Shown: positions 1-9,568 of the stretch, one piece after another
Layout: every line of letters starts with the position of its first letter
How positions within the stretch are numbered: the first letter of the stretch is position 1
Assembly (NCBI GenBank): GCA_035430005.1
Contig: DAOMFV010000005.1
Span: 15,196 to 79,195, forward strand
DNA length: 64,000 nt
Direction of reading: 5' to 3'
Source of the DNA: Gemmatales bacterium
Lineage (GTDB): Bacteria; Planctomycetota; Planctomycetia; Gemmatales; HRBIN36
The notes under the pieces: model-generated
Databases searched by the model: none
The model's input: only the letters and a program-made list of their open reading frames with translations
What the model was told of the DNA's origin: nothing
Position numbers and translations under genes: made by a program

Positions 1-338
1 CAGCCGCGCTTCTTGCCCTCCTCACGCAGCCAGTCATACTGAGCATTGGCCAAGTACTGTAACGAGTGTTCAGGAGGACGGAGCAGATAAATATCCAGTC
101 GTTGACAAGCAGCTGCGGCAAATGCGCTACAGTGGGTGTGCGGTTTATTGTCAGTTACAGGCTTGTTCAGCGCCTCACCTGTTTTCCATTCTACATAGTG
201 TCCAGGCAGCCACAACTTTTCAACCTGCATGCTGTCGTAGAATGCAGCGAGGTTTTTACCTTCTGCGGTGATCTCATCGCCTTTTGCATTGAGAGCACAG
301 AGCATCACCACAAAGAAACCTGCAGAATATCGATACAT
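1..338 (-). CDS. hypothetical protein, N-terminal part only (gene runs off the window start)
   Basis: ATG at 338 on the minus strand, preceded by GGGAG. The frame stays open to position 1 with no stop, which explains its absence from the ORF track. Translation is MYRYSAGFFVVMLCALNAKGDEITAEGK...THCSAFAAAACQRLDIYLL...; the N-terminal hydrophobic stretch looks like a signal peptide. No family recognised. Confidence 0.45.
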   Translation of the reverse strand, partial: MYRYSAGFFVVMLCALNAKGDEITAEGKNLAAFYDSMQVEKLWLPGHYVEWKTGEALNKPVTDNKPHTHCSAFAAAACQRLDIYLLRPPEHSLQYLANAQYDWLREEGKKRG

Positions 339-548
339 GGAAGGACTCCCAAGTATGGGTAAGCAATGAAGCCTTGATTGATTTCTCATGCCAGGCTTCT
401 GGTTTTTGCCTCTGAATGATGAGACCTGTGAAAAAGCACTGATACTAAGGGGGCAGACTGATCAAGTGGCAAAGCAAATTCGCTTTCTCGAAGTTGAAAC
501 AAAGGTCCGTGAGTAAACCATTTAGGCCGTTGTACCTAATGCGTCGAA

Positions 549-925
549 CTAGGAGCCCGTTGAACAACCGTTGTTTACGCAGCATGCCATGCTCGACCTC
601 TGGTTGGTATGAAGTACAGGATCACCGTGGTGGTGAGTCGCCACCAGAGCAGAATCGCATGAAGCAGATGGCTCCGCAAGCCTTGGAGGCTCCTGGGGGT
701 ACCCAACTGGAACAACTTTCGCATCACCACTCCCAAATTGAATGCCTTTGACAAGAGCAGATGCCGTTTCTGCACGTTCTCCTTCCCGTGCAGGTACGTT
801 CGTCGGCCGCCACCGGTCTCGCACACATTGGCGAACGAGCGTTCCACCAACTCCCCACGCCGCTTCATCAACTCCTTGCCCTTCGCACTTCTCACACGCT
901 GACGATTGTTGCGGAACCCCAACAC
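549..925 (-). mobile_element. 3' remnant of an IS5/IS1182-like DDE transposase gene with the element terminus
   Basis: ORF 575..925 (RRGELVERSFANVCETGGGRRTYLHGKENVQKRHLLLSKAFNLGVVMRKL) aligns with the C-terminus of ORF 14190..14987. The terminal string CTAGGAGCCCGTTGAA occurs at 549-564 and at 14163-14178. Homology stops at about 925, so the N-terminal two thirds of the transposase are missing. Confidence 0.7.
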
Positions 926-1053
926 TTCAGCAGCGAATAAGCAGGCACAACAACATTAGCGAGTGGCAGGTTCCGTTTTCACAATAGCTCCGGAAAATAG
1001 GCATTTCCGAAAGGCAGTGGCAGGTTTTCCAGAGCCATTATAACTAGTATACA

Positions 1054-1329
1054 TTAGTTCATATTTGTATCGAACTCAGCGCGTAACTGATGCAGATGTC
1101 CATAAACCGTCTCATCGTACCCGATGAAGAGTCCGGTGCTGACTTTCAGTTCATGTTCAATGCTTGACAGCCCAATTGTTGAACCTGAACTTAACTTTAC
1201 TGCACCATTCGTGACAGGCAGACTATGGCAATGAGCTAGATACCACTCTTTGAGTGTTTCCCAGGTTGCTCTGGTTAGAGCAGGTTTTCCGAGAAGGGCC
1301 CGTTCGCTCATACACAGCATCGCCACCAT
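1054..1329 (-). CDS. hypothetical protein
   Basis: 91-aa ORF with no recognisable motif and no clear RBS. Confidence 0.25.
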   Translation of the reverse strand: MVAMLCMSERALLGKPALTRATWETLKEWYLAHCHSLPVTNGAVKLSSGSTIGLSSIEHELKVSTGLFIGYDETVYGHLHQLRAEFDTNMN

Positions 1330-1502
1330 GACTTGATTCAGTTCAGGGAACTTCCGCTCTCTCCATTGGCATCCTCGCTCCGGCTCTCTACTTTGCGGTT
1401 CAGAGTCCGAAGGCGGCCAGCCATAAGACTCCCCATTAGACTTACATCATCGTCTGATATTCAATTGAGAACCCTTTGCCTGGATAGTTTGTTCAATTGC
1501 TG

Positions 1503-1871
1503 TCAAGCGCTATTCGACTTCGAGAAATGGATCATACAGGCGAGCGTGGGAGGATGATCGACTCCAAGCTTACTTTTTTTGAGTCTTAGAGACTTCTCGA
1601 ATAGAGGCAGTGCCAAATCTAACTTGCCGGATTCCGCATAAGCCCCGGCGAGATTTGTCATCCCAATCAAAGTATCAGGATGGTCGTGGCCGATTTTGTT
1701 TTTTTTGAGTTTGAGAGCCTCCTCGTAGAGTGGCACGGCTTTATCAAGTTTCTTGGCCTTTCGATATGCCTCGGCATAATTATTCATGCAGGTTAGAGTG
1801 AGAGGATTGTCTAGCCCCAGTTTGCTTTTTTTGAGTTTGAGAGTTTCCTCGAACGCAAATGACATGCTCAT
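1503..1871 (-). pseudogene. orphan TPR_12-type repeat fragment (kinase-TPR C-terminal-like)
   Basis: Three 42-aa units of the form LGxDHPxTLxxMxNLAxAYxxxGKLDxAxPLxExxLxLKKxK. The same unit is repeated in the kinase at 10799..13996. The ORF starts inside a repeat unit and has no kinase domain. Confidence 0.5.
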
Positions 1872-1882
1872 AACTCATCGAC

Positions 1883-2043
1883 GTGATGGCCACTGAGGGG
1901 TTGTGGACTAGTCCAGGTGGTAAGACGCCAGCGGCTACGTTATATGCGCCCTATCGCGGAGTATCAAAGAGGAGGGGAAGGCGTCCCCGTTCCGGAAGAG
2001 TGAGCGAGGGATGTTTGAGGCGAAGATTGTGCCGAAGCAATAG
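1883..2043 (+). pseudogene. HARE-HTH-like small gene, copy 1, frameshifted
   Basis: DNA-level homolog of 2236..2397. It has a 1-nt deletion after TTATATGCG (about 1950). Read in the restored frame it gives LSRSIKEEGKASPFRKSERGMFEAKIVPKQ*, matching copy 2. Confidence 0.55.
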
Positions 2044-2178
2044 CTTGCAGTTAGTGTTAGGTTGAGACCGCAAAGCGAAAACATCACAAGCCCGGTCCCG
2101 TGCGTGGTCGAGCTTGTGATGCTGCATCGAAACCCCCATGAACCTACATGGCTCAAGGGGATGATAAAAGTAACATGA

Positions 2179-2397
2179 TTGAAATCAGGGTCAAGAAAAA
2201 TACCCACCCGGAAGAGCTGCCCGGAACTCATCGAAATGATGGCCACTGAAGACCTATGGACAAGTCCGGGTGGCAAGACGCCAGCGGCTAAGTTATATGC
2301 GGCCTTGGCGCGGAGTATCAAGGATTTGGGCAAGGCTTCGCCGGTTCGCAAGGCTTGGCGGGGGAAGTTTGAGGCGAAGTTTCTGTCAAAGGAGTAG
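2179..2397 (+). CDS. HARE-HTH-like winged-helix small protein, copy 2 (probably N-terminally truncated)
   Basis: The sequence CPELIEMMATEDLWTSPGGKTPAAKLYAALARSIKDLGKASPVRKAWRGKFEAKF resembles the C-terminal half of HARE-HTH domains (GKTPxATLYxA....RG.F). The first ~25 residues of the domain are not evident. Confidence 0.4.
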   Translation: MKSGSRKIPTRKSCPELIEMMATEDLWTSPGGKTPAAKLYAALARSIKDLGKASPVRKAWRGKFEAKFLSKE

Positions 2398-2489
2398 CTG
2401 GAAAATTGGTGCTGTGACGACGGGCGAGGTTGGCTCGCCCGTTTTTGCTGTTCTATTCCGTTATTTGTGAAACCTAACTTAGAGATCGG

Positions 2490-3254
2490 TCACGGCCTCT
2501 GATTCACAACTTTTTCAATCGCATTGATGACATAGTTTTGCACACCAGTATCATTTGTGATGTTGATATGATTCAGTTCGTGGATTTTGACTGGCGAGCT
2601 TGGTGCATTCAAATCCACATTCTCGATTATTGTCTGAGAACCGATTGTTGGTTTGAGTTTCTCGGCCGGATAAATGCGGTGTTGTGTCATATACAGATTG
2701 AGCGCTTTTCGCACATTGCTTGGGACCGTCGTTGGAGCAGCCACATCTAAGCACACGAGCAGATCAACAATGAAACCAGACTTTTGCAATTCATGGGCTG
2801 CATCAAGAATATGCCGTCCCCCACGTGAGTGGCCTACCATAATGATTGGCCCCTTCAAACGCCCTGCTTTCCGTTCCTCAATCAAATGTTTAACAATCCA
2901 TGACTCACCAGCCGATCCAAGGTCTTCTGCCCAGACTCCATCGCGTCGTAGCCTAGTGCAGATGTCTCCAAAACCCGGACTGAACATCGTTCCGGTCCCA
3001 CGTAAAAGAAACACGTTCGCCCTAGCTTCGCGTTGGCTAGGGTTATGAGCCGAAGCTGTTACCCAACCGAGCCTACTACCCAGTGGAGCCTGCCAAAGTA
3101 AGTCAATCATGTAAGGCACCGACGTAGCAGCCAAAACCATTTGTGTTGCGATTTTCTTGTCTTCCGACATCGGCGTTGCTGTGTTAGGAGATTGGGAATA
3201 AAGAACGTTGGTGATTAGACAAGCAATTGCGATGGTGAGAATGCTTGATTTCAT
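2490..3254 (-). CDS. secreted alpha/beta-hydrolase-like protein
   Basis: Start chosen at MKSSILTIAIACLITNVLYS (signal-like). A GHSRGG nucleophile-elbow (GxSxG) motif is present. No closer family assignment is possible by eye. Confidence 0.6.
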   Translation of the reverse strand: MKSSILTIAIACLITNVLYSQSPNTATPMSEDKKIATQMVLAATSVPYMIDLLWQAPLGSRLGWVTASAHNPSQREARANVFLLRGTGTMFSPGFGDICTRLRRDGVWAEDLGSAGESWIVKHLIEERKAGRLKGPIIMVGHSRGGRHILDAAHELQKSGFIVDLLVCLDVAAPTTVPSNVRKALNLYMTQHRIYPAEKLKPTIGSQTIIENVDLNAPSSPVKIHELNHINITNDTGVQNYVINAIEKVVNQRP

Positions 3255-3603
3255 GTAGAACTCCGATTGCTCAAGACGATTCGCATCATGATGCAAATCG
3301 CAAATCCACAGAACAGCCTTTCTTCTTCAGTTCATCTCGCCAAGTCCAAAACTCTTTTCGTGACATCAGCATCTTCGGTGGAACGACATGGTCTTTTCCA
3401 GTAATGAGCAACAACTGTCTAGGGCCTGCCACTAATTCTGCTGCCGAACTTCTGGTTAGCAAGACCTGGCCATCTTCTGTGTCGCCTATGAAAAACGATT
3501 CGTTCGCTTCGCTGAACAAGATGAATCTCCTTCTGTTAGTGAAGTGAGAACCATAGCCAAGTTCGTAGTTTTGTAAATGCGGGTTAGCCTTGATCGTTAG
3601 CGT

Positions 3604-3706
3604 AAAACGCCAGCGGCTAGGCTCTACGCCGCCATATCGCGGTCTATCAAGACGAGGGTAAGAGTTCACCGTAACGCTAAACGGGGACCGTCGATTCGAG
3701 GAGAAG
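3604..3706 (+). pseudogene. HARE-HTH-like gene, copy 3, degenerate fragment
   Basis: AAAACGCCAGCGGCTAGGCTCTACGCCGCC... is about 75% identical to 2277..2380. It reads KTPAARLYAAISRSIK, but stop codons lie immediately upstream. Confidence 0.4.
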
Positions 3707-3789
3707 TAGTGTGTATTGTCGTTTCTGAAGCACATCCCTTTCGCTTAAGCTAAGACTTTTCTCGTTCCATCAAGATGAACCTTAAGCTC

Positions 3790-4899
3790 TCATTTCATTT
3801 GATTTCTATTGTCCCTTTCACTGTCTGCCTTCGTATCAATAAACACATCCAACAGTTGTCCGACAAGCACCTTTTTTTCGGTCGCTGATTTACTCTTAGG
3901 ATCAAGTGCATAAATGACTTGGACGACTCGTGTATCCACTCGTTCGATATTAGTGCCTGTCAACGATGTCTTAGGGACTATGCTAGGTTCGAGCCTTACA
4001 AACTTGAGCTCCAATTCTTCCTGTTGAAAACTACCTCGTATTTTGGCACGAGCAGGACCATTGAACAACAATCGCGGCAAGTCTTCTTCATCTATATTTA
4101 CTCGAACATGAAGTGGATTAAGATTTCCCATCTGGATTAATGACTGCCCCCCAATGGTTGATATGTATTCTCCCTGCCGAACGTTGATCTGAAGAATCGT
4201 CCCCGAAACCGGAGCCTGTATCTGTAAGATGCGTAACATTGTTTCAGCTTGTGCAACTTGAGCTTTTGCTTGTTCGACGGCAGCACTGGCTATCAGCTTG
4301 TCAGCTTCCCAGGCTCCGGCTTTTATTAAGGCCAAGTTTGCCTTAGCAAATTGAAGCAAGGACTTTGCATTGATATTTGCCTGTTCATGTGCAACACGGT
4401 CCTGCTCTGATAATGCCCCCGTTCCTGCCAAAGTGCGATCACGTTCCATCTGATCCTGCGTTTGGCGAACATTAGTTTCTGCGGCATCGACTTGTGCTTG
4501 ACTGACAGGAACTTCTTCTGGCCGAGGTTGAAGGTTAAGCTTACGTAACTGCGATTCTGCAGCAGTTAATGCAGTCTTGCGAACCGCTAATTCAGCATCG
4601 GCCACACGGCTGTCCAACTCAATAAGCAGGTCTCCTTTTTTTACTTCTTGGCCAATAGATACGTTAATCTTGGATACCACCCCCGCAATTTGCGAACCTA
4701 CGTTAATGACACCGGTGCCGCTGGCTTGGGTATTCGGTTCAACCATGCCAGCCCCAGCCACAGTATTGCCATAAGGGCTTCGTGTTGGAGCAGCAGGCGG
4801 TGGCGTATCCATTTCTGGTCTCTGAACATACAGAGAATATGCAATAGCGAAAATAAAAAGAGCAACAGCCACTATGGGAAGAAACCATTTGCGAATCAT
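3790..4899 (-). CDS. HlyD-family periplasmic adaptor (DevB/MacA-like)
   Basis: N-terminal TM segment, barrel-sandwich motif (KKGDLLIELD), a long coiled-coil middle, and position directly downstream of the ABC ATPase and permease genes. Confidence 0.85.
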   Translation of the reverse strand: MIRKWFLPIVAVALFIFAIAYSLYVQRPEMDTPPPAAPTRSPYGNTVAGAGMVEPNTQASGTGVINVGSQIAGVVSKINVSIGQEVKKGDLLIELDSRVADAELAVRKTALTAAESQLRKLNLQPRPEEVPVSQAQVDAAETNVRQTQDQMERDRTLAGTGALSEQDRVAHEQANINAKSLLQFAKANLALIKAGAWEADKLIASAAVEQAKAQVAQAETMLRILQIQAPVSGTILQINVRQGEYISTIGGQSLIQMGNLNPLHVRVNIDEEDLPRLLFNGPARAKIRGSFQQEELELKFVRLEPSIVPKTSLTGTNIERVDTRVVQVIYALDPKSKSATEKKVLVGQLLDVFIDTKADSERDNRNQMK

Positions 4900-4911
4900 G
4901 ACAGACCTCTC

Positions 4912-5667
4912 TCAGGCTACCTTAGTGTTTTCAGGATTCCTTACATGCTTGTCTTGTGCAACACGACCATCTTCCAAGGTGACAATACGGTCGCCAAATT
5001 CCAATACACGCGGATCGTGTGTCACAATTACAGCGACTCGATCTGGCCTAACTGCTATTTGTTTGATTAATTCCATTATGGTTTGACCTGTCTTTGCATC
5101 GATGCTCGAGGTAGGCTCATCACAAACAAGCAAACTGGGTTGATGTATCAATGCTCGTGCAATAGCAACTCGCTGTTGTTGGCCACCAGAAAGTTGAGCT
5201 GGGAGTGATTGCAGTTTATCTTGCAACCCAACAGCATGCATAACCTCGGCTACTTTCGCCATTGCGTTTCCTCTGGGAAAGCCATTAATGATTAGTGGGA
5301 CGGCGACATTTTCAGCTGCAGTTAACGAGGGCAAGAGGTTGAATTGCTGAAAAACAAAACCCACATGCTTTGCCCTGAAAATGGCTTTCTCATATTTAGA
5401 GAGTTCTTTCAGATCAACGCCCAACACACTGATTTCGCCACTGGTCACATCAAGTGTTCCGGCAAAAATAGAAATCAAAGTCGTCTTACCGCAACCACTT
5501 GGACCTACAAGTAGTGTTAGTTCTCCTGGCGAAATCTCCAGGTTGACTCCTCGCAAGGCTCGAACCTTTGAGTCACCAGTTCCGTAATCTTTGGTAATCT
5601 CACGACAGATGATTCCAGCTATCGCATGTGACGGAACCAGGCTGGGATGAGAAGGAGGCGAGCTCAT
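4912..5667 (-). CDS. ABC transporter ATP-binding protein (DevA/MacB-NBD/LolD-like)
   Basis: Walker A GPSGCGKTT, ABC signature LSGGQQQRVAIARAL, Walker B LLVCDEPTS. The start overlaps the permease stop (ATGA). Confidence 0.9.
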   Translation of the reverse strand: MSSPPSHPSLVPSHAIAGIICREITKDYGTGDSKVRALRGVNLEISPGELTLLVGPSGCGKTTLISIFAGTLDVTSGEISVLGVDLKELSKYEKAIFRAKHVGFVFQQFNLLPSLTAAENVAVPLIINGFPRGNAMAKVAEVMHAVGLQDKLQSLPAQLSGGQQQRVAIARALIHQPSLLVCDEPTSSIDAKTGQTIMELIKQIAVRPDRVAVIVTHDPRVLEFGDRIVTLEDGRVAQDKHVRNPENTKVA

Positions 5668-6809
5668 GCTCCCCCCTGAAATACTGTAGCTGGCTCTAAG
5701 ACTAAGACTCGCTTAATACTGAGCAAGCTGCTTATGAGCGAAATGAACAGGACGCAAATACCACTGATGAGTACAACTTGCCAAGGTAGATAAAAGGCTA
5801 GAAGCTCCATCCGTGCCTGTGCTACGATGCCAAATATGGAGGCTGTTCCAACCCCCAGGCCATATCCAATGCCTCCAACTACCAAAGCTTGAATGAGTAT
5901 CATCGCCACGATACGGCGATCGGTCACCCCCATAGCCTTTAGCGTGCCGAACTGCTTCAGGTTCTCCACGGTGAATAAATAGAAGGTTTGTCCTGCAATT
6001 GCACATCCAACTAGAAACGCCAGAATCACTGTGGTTCCGAAATTAATCGGAATACCAGTATGTTGCAGGTAGTACATCATTGTCATCGTAATGAAACCAT
6101 CCTTGGTTAACGCTTTCAGTTCTGTTTGAGACTCGATTCGTCGCGCAACTTCTTCGGCTGAAACATTAGATCGACACTTCGCAAGGACAAATGACATCAT
6201 TCTTCTGTACTGTGGGACAAAAAGTGTGGCCTGGCTGAAGCGTGTATAGACCATGGGCATAGTCATGAATGTTTGTGCCGAACGGAAGATTCCGACAATC
6301 ACGGCACGGCGATCGTTCATTTCAATTACTTTACCAACTCGAAGCGGTTCTCTTGGCCACATCTGATGGAACCCTGCTTCGTCAACGATAATGGCATCAG
6401 GCATTTGAAGATCGCCAAGTTTGCCAAGAATCATCTGTGTTGGACATCCAGCGAGAGTCGAATCATCCACACCCATAAGAATCACGCCTTGATATTTGCC
6501 ATTCCCTAGTTGAGCTTGCCCTTGGCCTCGATACAAATTCACTGCCCATGCCACTCCAGGAACGCTACGAACACGAAAGACATCGTTATCCGAAATGGCT
6601 TTGAGATCGTCAGCATAACGTACGCCTGAATTCATAGCCCATATATCAACGCCATGGGTATCTCTAATGACACTAGTAGTCCGCAGCATGATACCGCAAA
6701 AGATTGCGCTTTGTTCAGTAATTAAAAAACAGGCAAATGTGACGCCAAAAATGATCGCAAAGTACTTGCTGCGATCTCCAATCAACATTTTGATTGCGAT
6801 CCAAGTCAT
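5664..6809 (-). CDS. ABC transporter permease, FtsX/MacB/DevC-type
   Basis: N-terminal TM, a large periplasmic domain, then a C-terminal 3-TM FtsX-like block (GTLKAMGVTDRRIVAMILIQALVVG). First gene of the three-gene exporter operon. Confidence 0.85.
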   Translation of the reverse strand: MTWIAIKMLIGDRSKYFAIIFGVTFACFLITEQSAIFCGIMLRTTSVIRDTHGVDIWAMNSGVRYADDLKAISDNDVFRVRSVPGVAWAVNLYRGQGQAQLGNGKYQGVILMGVDDSTLAGCPTQMILGKLGDLQMPDAIIVDEAGFHQMWPREPLRVGKVIEMNDRRAVIVGIFRSAQTFMTMPMVYTRFSQATLFVPQYRRMMSFVLAKCRSNVSAEEVARRIESQTELKALTKDGFITMTMMYYLQHTGIPINFGTTVILAFLVGCAIAGQTFYLFTVENLKQFGTLKAMGVTDRRIVAMILIQALVVGGIGYGLGVGTASIFGIVAQARMELLAFYLPWQVVLISGICVLFISLISSLLSIKRVLVLEPATVFQGGA

Positions 6810-7100
6810 GGCGTTATGTTCATGATTCTGCCCCTTTAAGCACTAGAGACGCGACTTAGATGGAGCTCAATAGATAGGCTCATTTGCTTATTCTATTTTT
6901 TTTTTATTCACTGGCTGTGCCGCATATCCCTTCGATTGGCCTAGGCCGTATTGACTGAAGTTGGGCAAGTAGCGATACCACAAGCGAGACTGAAAAGCTA
7001 ATTGGGGTTGATTCCTGAAAGAAACTCATAGCTTGACGACATGGCAACCAGAATCAACCGGCCGGGTCAGGTGCAACGGTTGGTTCGGCGAGGTCTCCTC

Positions 7101-7439
7101 TTACCCGAACAGGCGACGCCACCAACTTACTCGAGCATTATCCAGCACCTCGCGGCAGTCGATCACCTCCGAGATAATCAACTCTCGCTCGAAGCGGCCA
7201 TTCGGTCCATAAAGTCCAGGAGGTCCCAGACGGCCCACGACTCGCATCTTAAAGGCACGTCGAACGGTCATCGTATCATAGGGATGGTTCGTTCCTTCGG
7301 AAGGGAACTGAAAGTCATGTGGGAAACGCGGTACGACGAACCTGCAATTCTGTGGCTTCAGCCACGGAACTTCGATTGAGAAGTGGGTCCCGACCCATCC
7401 GTCCGCGTATTCCCCAACGAACTCCTGTTCCGGTTGCAT
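7101..7439 (-). CDS. hypothetical protein
   Basis: GGAGGAG lies 4 nt upstream of the ATG at 7439. I preferred this ORF over the overlapping + ORF 7041..7379, which lacks an RBS. No family recognised. Confidence 0.5.
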   Translation of the reverse strand: MQPEQEFVGEYADGWVGTHFSIEVPWLKPQNCRFVVPRFPHDFQFPSEGTNHPYDTMTVRRAFKMRVVGRLGPPGLYGPNGRFERELIISEVIDCREVLDNARVSWWRRLFG

Positions 7440-7594
7440 GTCTCCTCCGCCAAACTAGCATTAGACAAAATCGTTTCTGCATAATAATGATACTCAACGA
7501 CTAGTTAGCGGCGTGATATAGTCGCTAGGCTAAACTTTCAAAATCCTACAAGCAACACAGAAACGATCAGAATCCGCCGTTAACTCCTCTGGAA

Positions 7595-7755
7595 CCTCTC
7601 TCCCCCACCCCAGAGAGTATTTCGATCAGCTAGCGACTGTCACGCCCGAATCCATGACGATTCCCCAGCTGTCTCCAATGGCGACAGCCCCCTGTCACAA
7701 CCCTAACAATACTCAAAAACCCGACGACAAAACGCCAGACTCTCTGCCTGGCGTT
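7595..7755 (+). repeat. ~160-bp structured intergenic repeat, copy 1
   Basis: About 85% identical to 9569..9728. It contains the CTCTCT..AGAGAG and GACAG..CTGTC inverted repeats and ends in the hairpin ACGCCAG-N9-CTGGCGT. That hairpin is followed by a T-rich run on the minus strand. Confidence 0.75.
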
Positions 7756-7793
7756 TGCGCGTTGCGAATCATCATTTCAATGCGGTTCAAGCA

Positions 7794-8273
7794 TTACGGT
7801 TCAAGTTGATTCTTCCCGTTATCAAACTGCTTGTGGCAAGCATTGCAGTGATTGAGCATAGATCGATAAGCCTTCATGGCTCTGTCCGCGTCTTTCTTTT
7901 TCGCTGCCTTAAATAGTTCTGCGCCTGCATCTCTTGAAGCTACGCTATACTTCAACCAATCTTCGACATCCTTCTTCGGCTTTCGCAAGAGTAAGAGATT
8001 TCCACCTTCTGCCAGGATCAAAGTTTCGCCACGAATCGCCTTCCAAGTTGCATTAGTCTTATTTTCTGTAGACATCGATTGTTTAAGACGACGATATGGC
8101 CCTTGAAAAACTCCTTCCATGAAGTCATGCATACTTGTGTCAAGAGCCTTCCCTTGTTCAGATGGTTTAGCATCGTCCAAGAGTACTGGTTGACTCAGTG
8201 ACGCATTGCCTGAGGAACTGCATAAACAGCACAGCAAAAAAAGTGCAGCTAGAGATGAGCAGTTACAAAGCAT
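7794..8273 (-). CDS. class II cytochrome c (cytochrome c-prime-like), secreted
   Basis: A single CNACH haem motif lies 13 residues from the C-terminus, which is the hallmark of class II four-helix-bundle cytochromes. Signal/lipobox-like N-terminus MLCNCSSLAALFLLCCLCSSSG. An alternative upstream start is at 8312. Confidence 0.6.
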   Translation of the reverse strand: MLCNCSSLAALFLLCCLCSSSGNASLSQPVLLDDAKPSEQGKALDTSMHDFMEGVFQGPYRRLKQSMSTENKTNATWKAIRGETLILAEGGNLLLLRKPKKDVEDWLKYSVASRDAGAELFKAAKKKDADRAMKAYRSMLNHCNACHKQFDNGKNQLEP

Positions 8274-8478
8274 GGCAGATTCCCATAGGTCGATTGATGT
8301 GTCCGTCAGCATGCTTGTAACACACTATGATCTGCCCTGATAGTGAAATCCAGGCACTGCTCAGCTTTATTAGTCGGTGTGGAGACAGTAGTTGTGCAGA
8401 CCAAGCGGATCAAATGGAGGCGATTAAGATTAACTCTCATTCTTGGTCTGAGAACCAAGGTCTATCTATTGTTCTGCT

Positions 8479-9333
8479 TTAGCCTTTAATCCCTGCCCCT
8501 GTCAATATGCGTACCTGAACTGCTATGCCACACCGCAGTTTCTCTTGTGGATTTGTAAATCGAATCAGGACTGGTATTGGGCCTCCCTCCTTTTCAGCAG
8601 CAAAAGCGATGAACGTGACTTTTCCCAGGATAACTTCACCGGGAGTGAGAAGCGTTCCCTGACGTCGAATCTCCACTTTCTGGCCAACTTCAATTTGGTC
8701 TGCTTGCTCTGACGAAACAAGGCAGCGAACATCCAGTTCTTTCAGATTAAGAATCTCGCCCCAAATGGTTGTTCCTGGCCGAGAGACCATTCCCAAATGG
8801 ACATCAAGCTTGTTAATAACTCCATCGATAGGAGCTGTAACTACATAATGTTCTAACTCGGCCTTGGCTCCATCCAGTGCTGCAACTGCTGCGCGTTCAT
8901 CCATTTCATTCTTGAGCGTTTGTGCGCGTAGGTCATGAAGCTTTTGCTCCGAGACAACACCCATATGGAGAGGCAATTCAATCTTAGCAAGATAGCGTCG
9001 ATTTTCTTTTAAGCTCACTCGAGCATTTTCCAGTATTGCTTGTTTATTTCGTACATCAGCTTGAGGTTCGTCATCATCAAGTTTGACCAAAGGTTGATCT
9101 TTTTTGACACGATCACCTGGTTTTACGAGCACTTCCACAACTGGATGCAGCACAGCCGGAGCAATGATTGCTTTGTTGGAGGGAATACATTGGGTGAATC
9201 CGGTAACCTCAATCACATTACTTCGACGTACAGTCTGAGTTACTGGTTTGATGTCTTCAGCAGACAGATAGGCAGCAGTGCCAGCTGTGATAAGGAAGAA
9301 TGAGAGATAAAAGGGCTGGGTTAGTCTGCTCAT
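8479..9333 (-). CDS. orphan HlyD/RND-type periplasmic adaptor subunit
   Basis: Signal/TM N-terminus, barrel-sandwich motif (VKPGDRVKKDQPLVKLDD), a coiled-coil hairpin and a beta-barrel C-terminus. No transporter gene is adjacent. Confidence 0.75.
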   Translation of the reverse strand: MSRLTQPFYLSFFLITAGTAAYLSAEDIKPVTQTVRRSNVIEVTGFTQCIPSNKAIIAPAVLHPVVEVLVKPGDRVKKDQPLVKLDDDEPQADVRNKQAILENARVSLKENRRYLAKIELPLHMGVVSEQKLHDLRAQTLKNEMDERAAVAALDGAKAELEHYVVTAPIDGVINKLDVHLGMVSRPGTTIWGEILNLKELDVRCLVSSEQADQIEVGQKVEIRRQGTLLTPGEVILGKVTFIAFAAEKEGGPIPVLIRFTNPQEKLRCGIAVQVRILTGAGIKG

Positions 9334-9568
9334 GATACAGTCATAACCTGGTGTAAGAAGAGAATGACATACGCCAAAACAGCTTACACCAAAGAATGAA
9401 TAGCCAAAAGCAAAAATCTAGGAGAACATGTGTTGAGTTGCATCAGTTCATGAAGTGGACCCAATCGGCCGCCAACTTAGAATTGCTGCCCAACTTCGGA
9501 GCCCCAGGAGAGAACCTGAGGCTTTGTGTCCACTCAGCGAAGTGCTCGGAGCGTTAACCCCCTTGTCC

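Noticed and set aside
66-362. 98-aa + strand ORF at the window start
   Set aside because: The opposite strand carries an open frame with a GGGAG-ATG start at 338 and a signal-peptide-like N-terminus that runs off the window. The + ORF has no RBS or recognisable motif and is best explained as a shadow ORF.
6896-6905. T10 homopolymer in the leader/promoter region of the ABC exporter operon as a phase-variation switch
   Set aside because: I could not place it between convincing -35/-10 hexamers, and a single homopolymer tract in AT-rich intergenic DNA is unremarkable. Noted only in case strain comparison shows length variation.
7041-7379. 112-aa + strand ORF overlapping 7101..7439
   Set aside because: The minus-strand ORF has a strong GGAGGAG RBS 4 nt before its ATG. 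The + ORF has none, and its sequence is Arg/Ser-rich and low in complexity.
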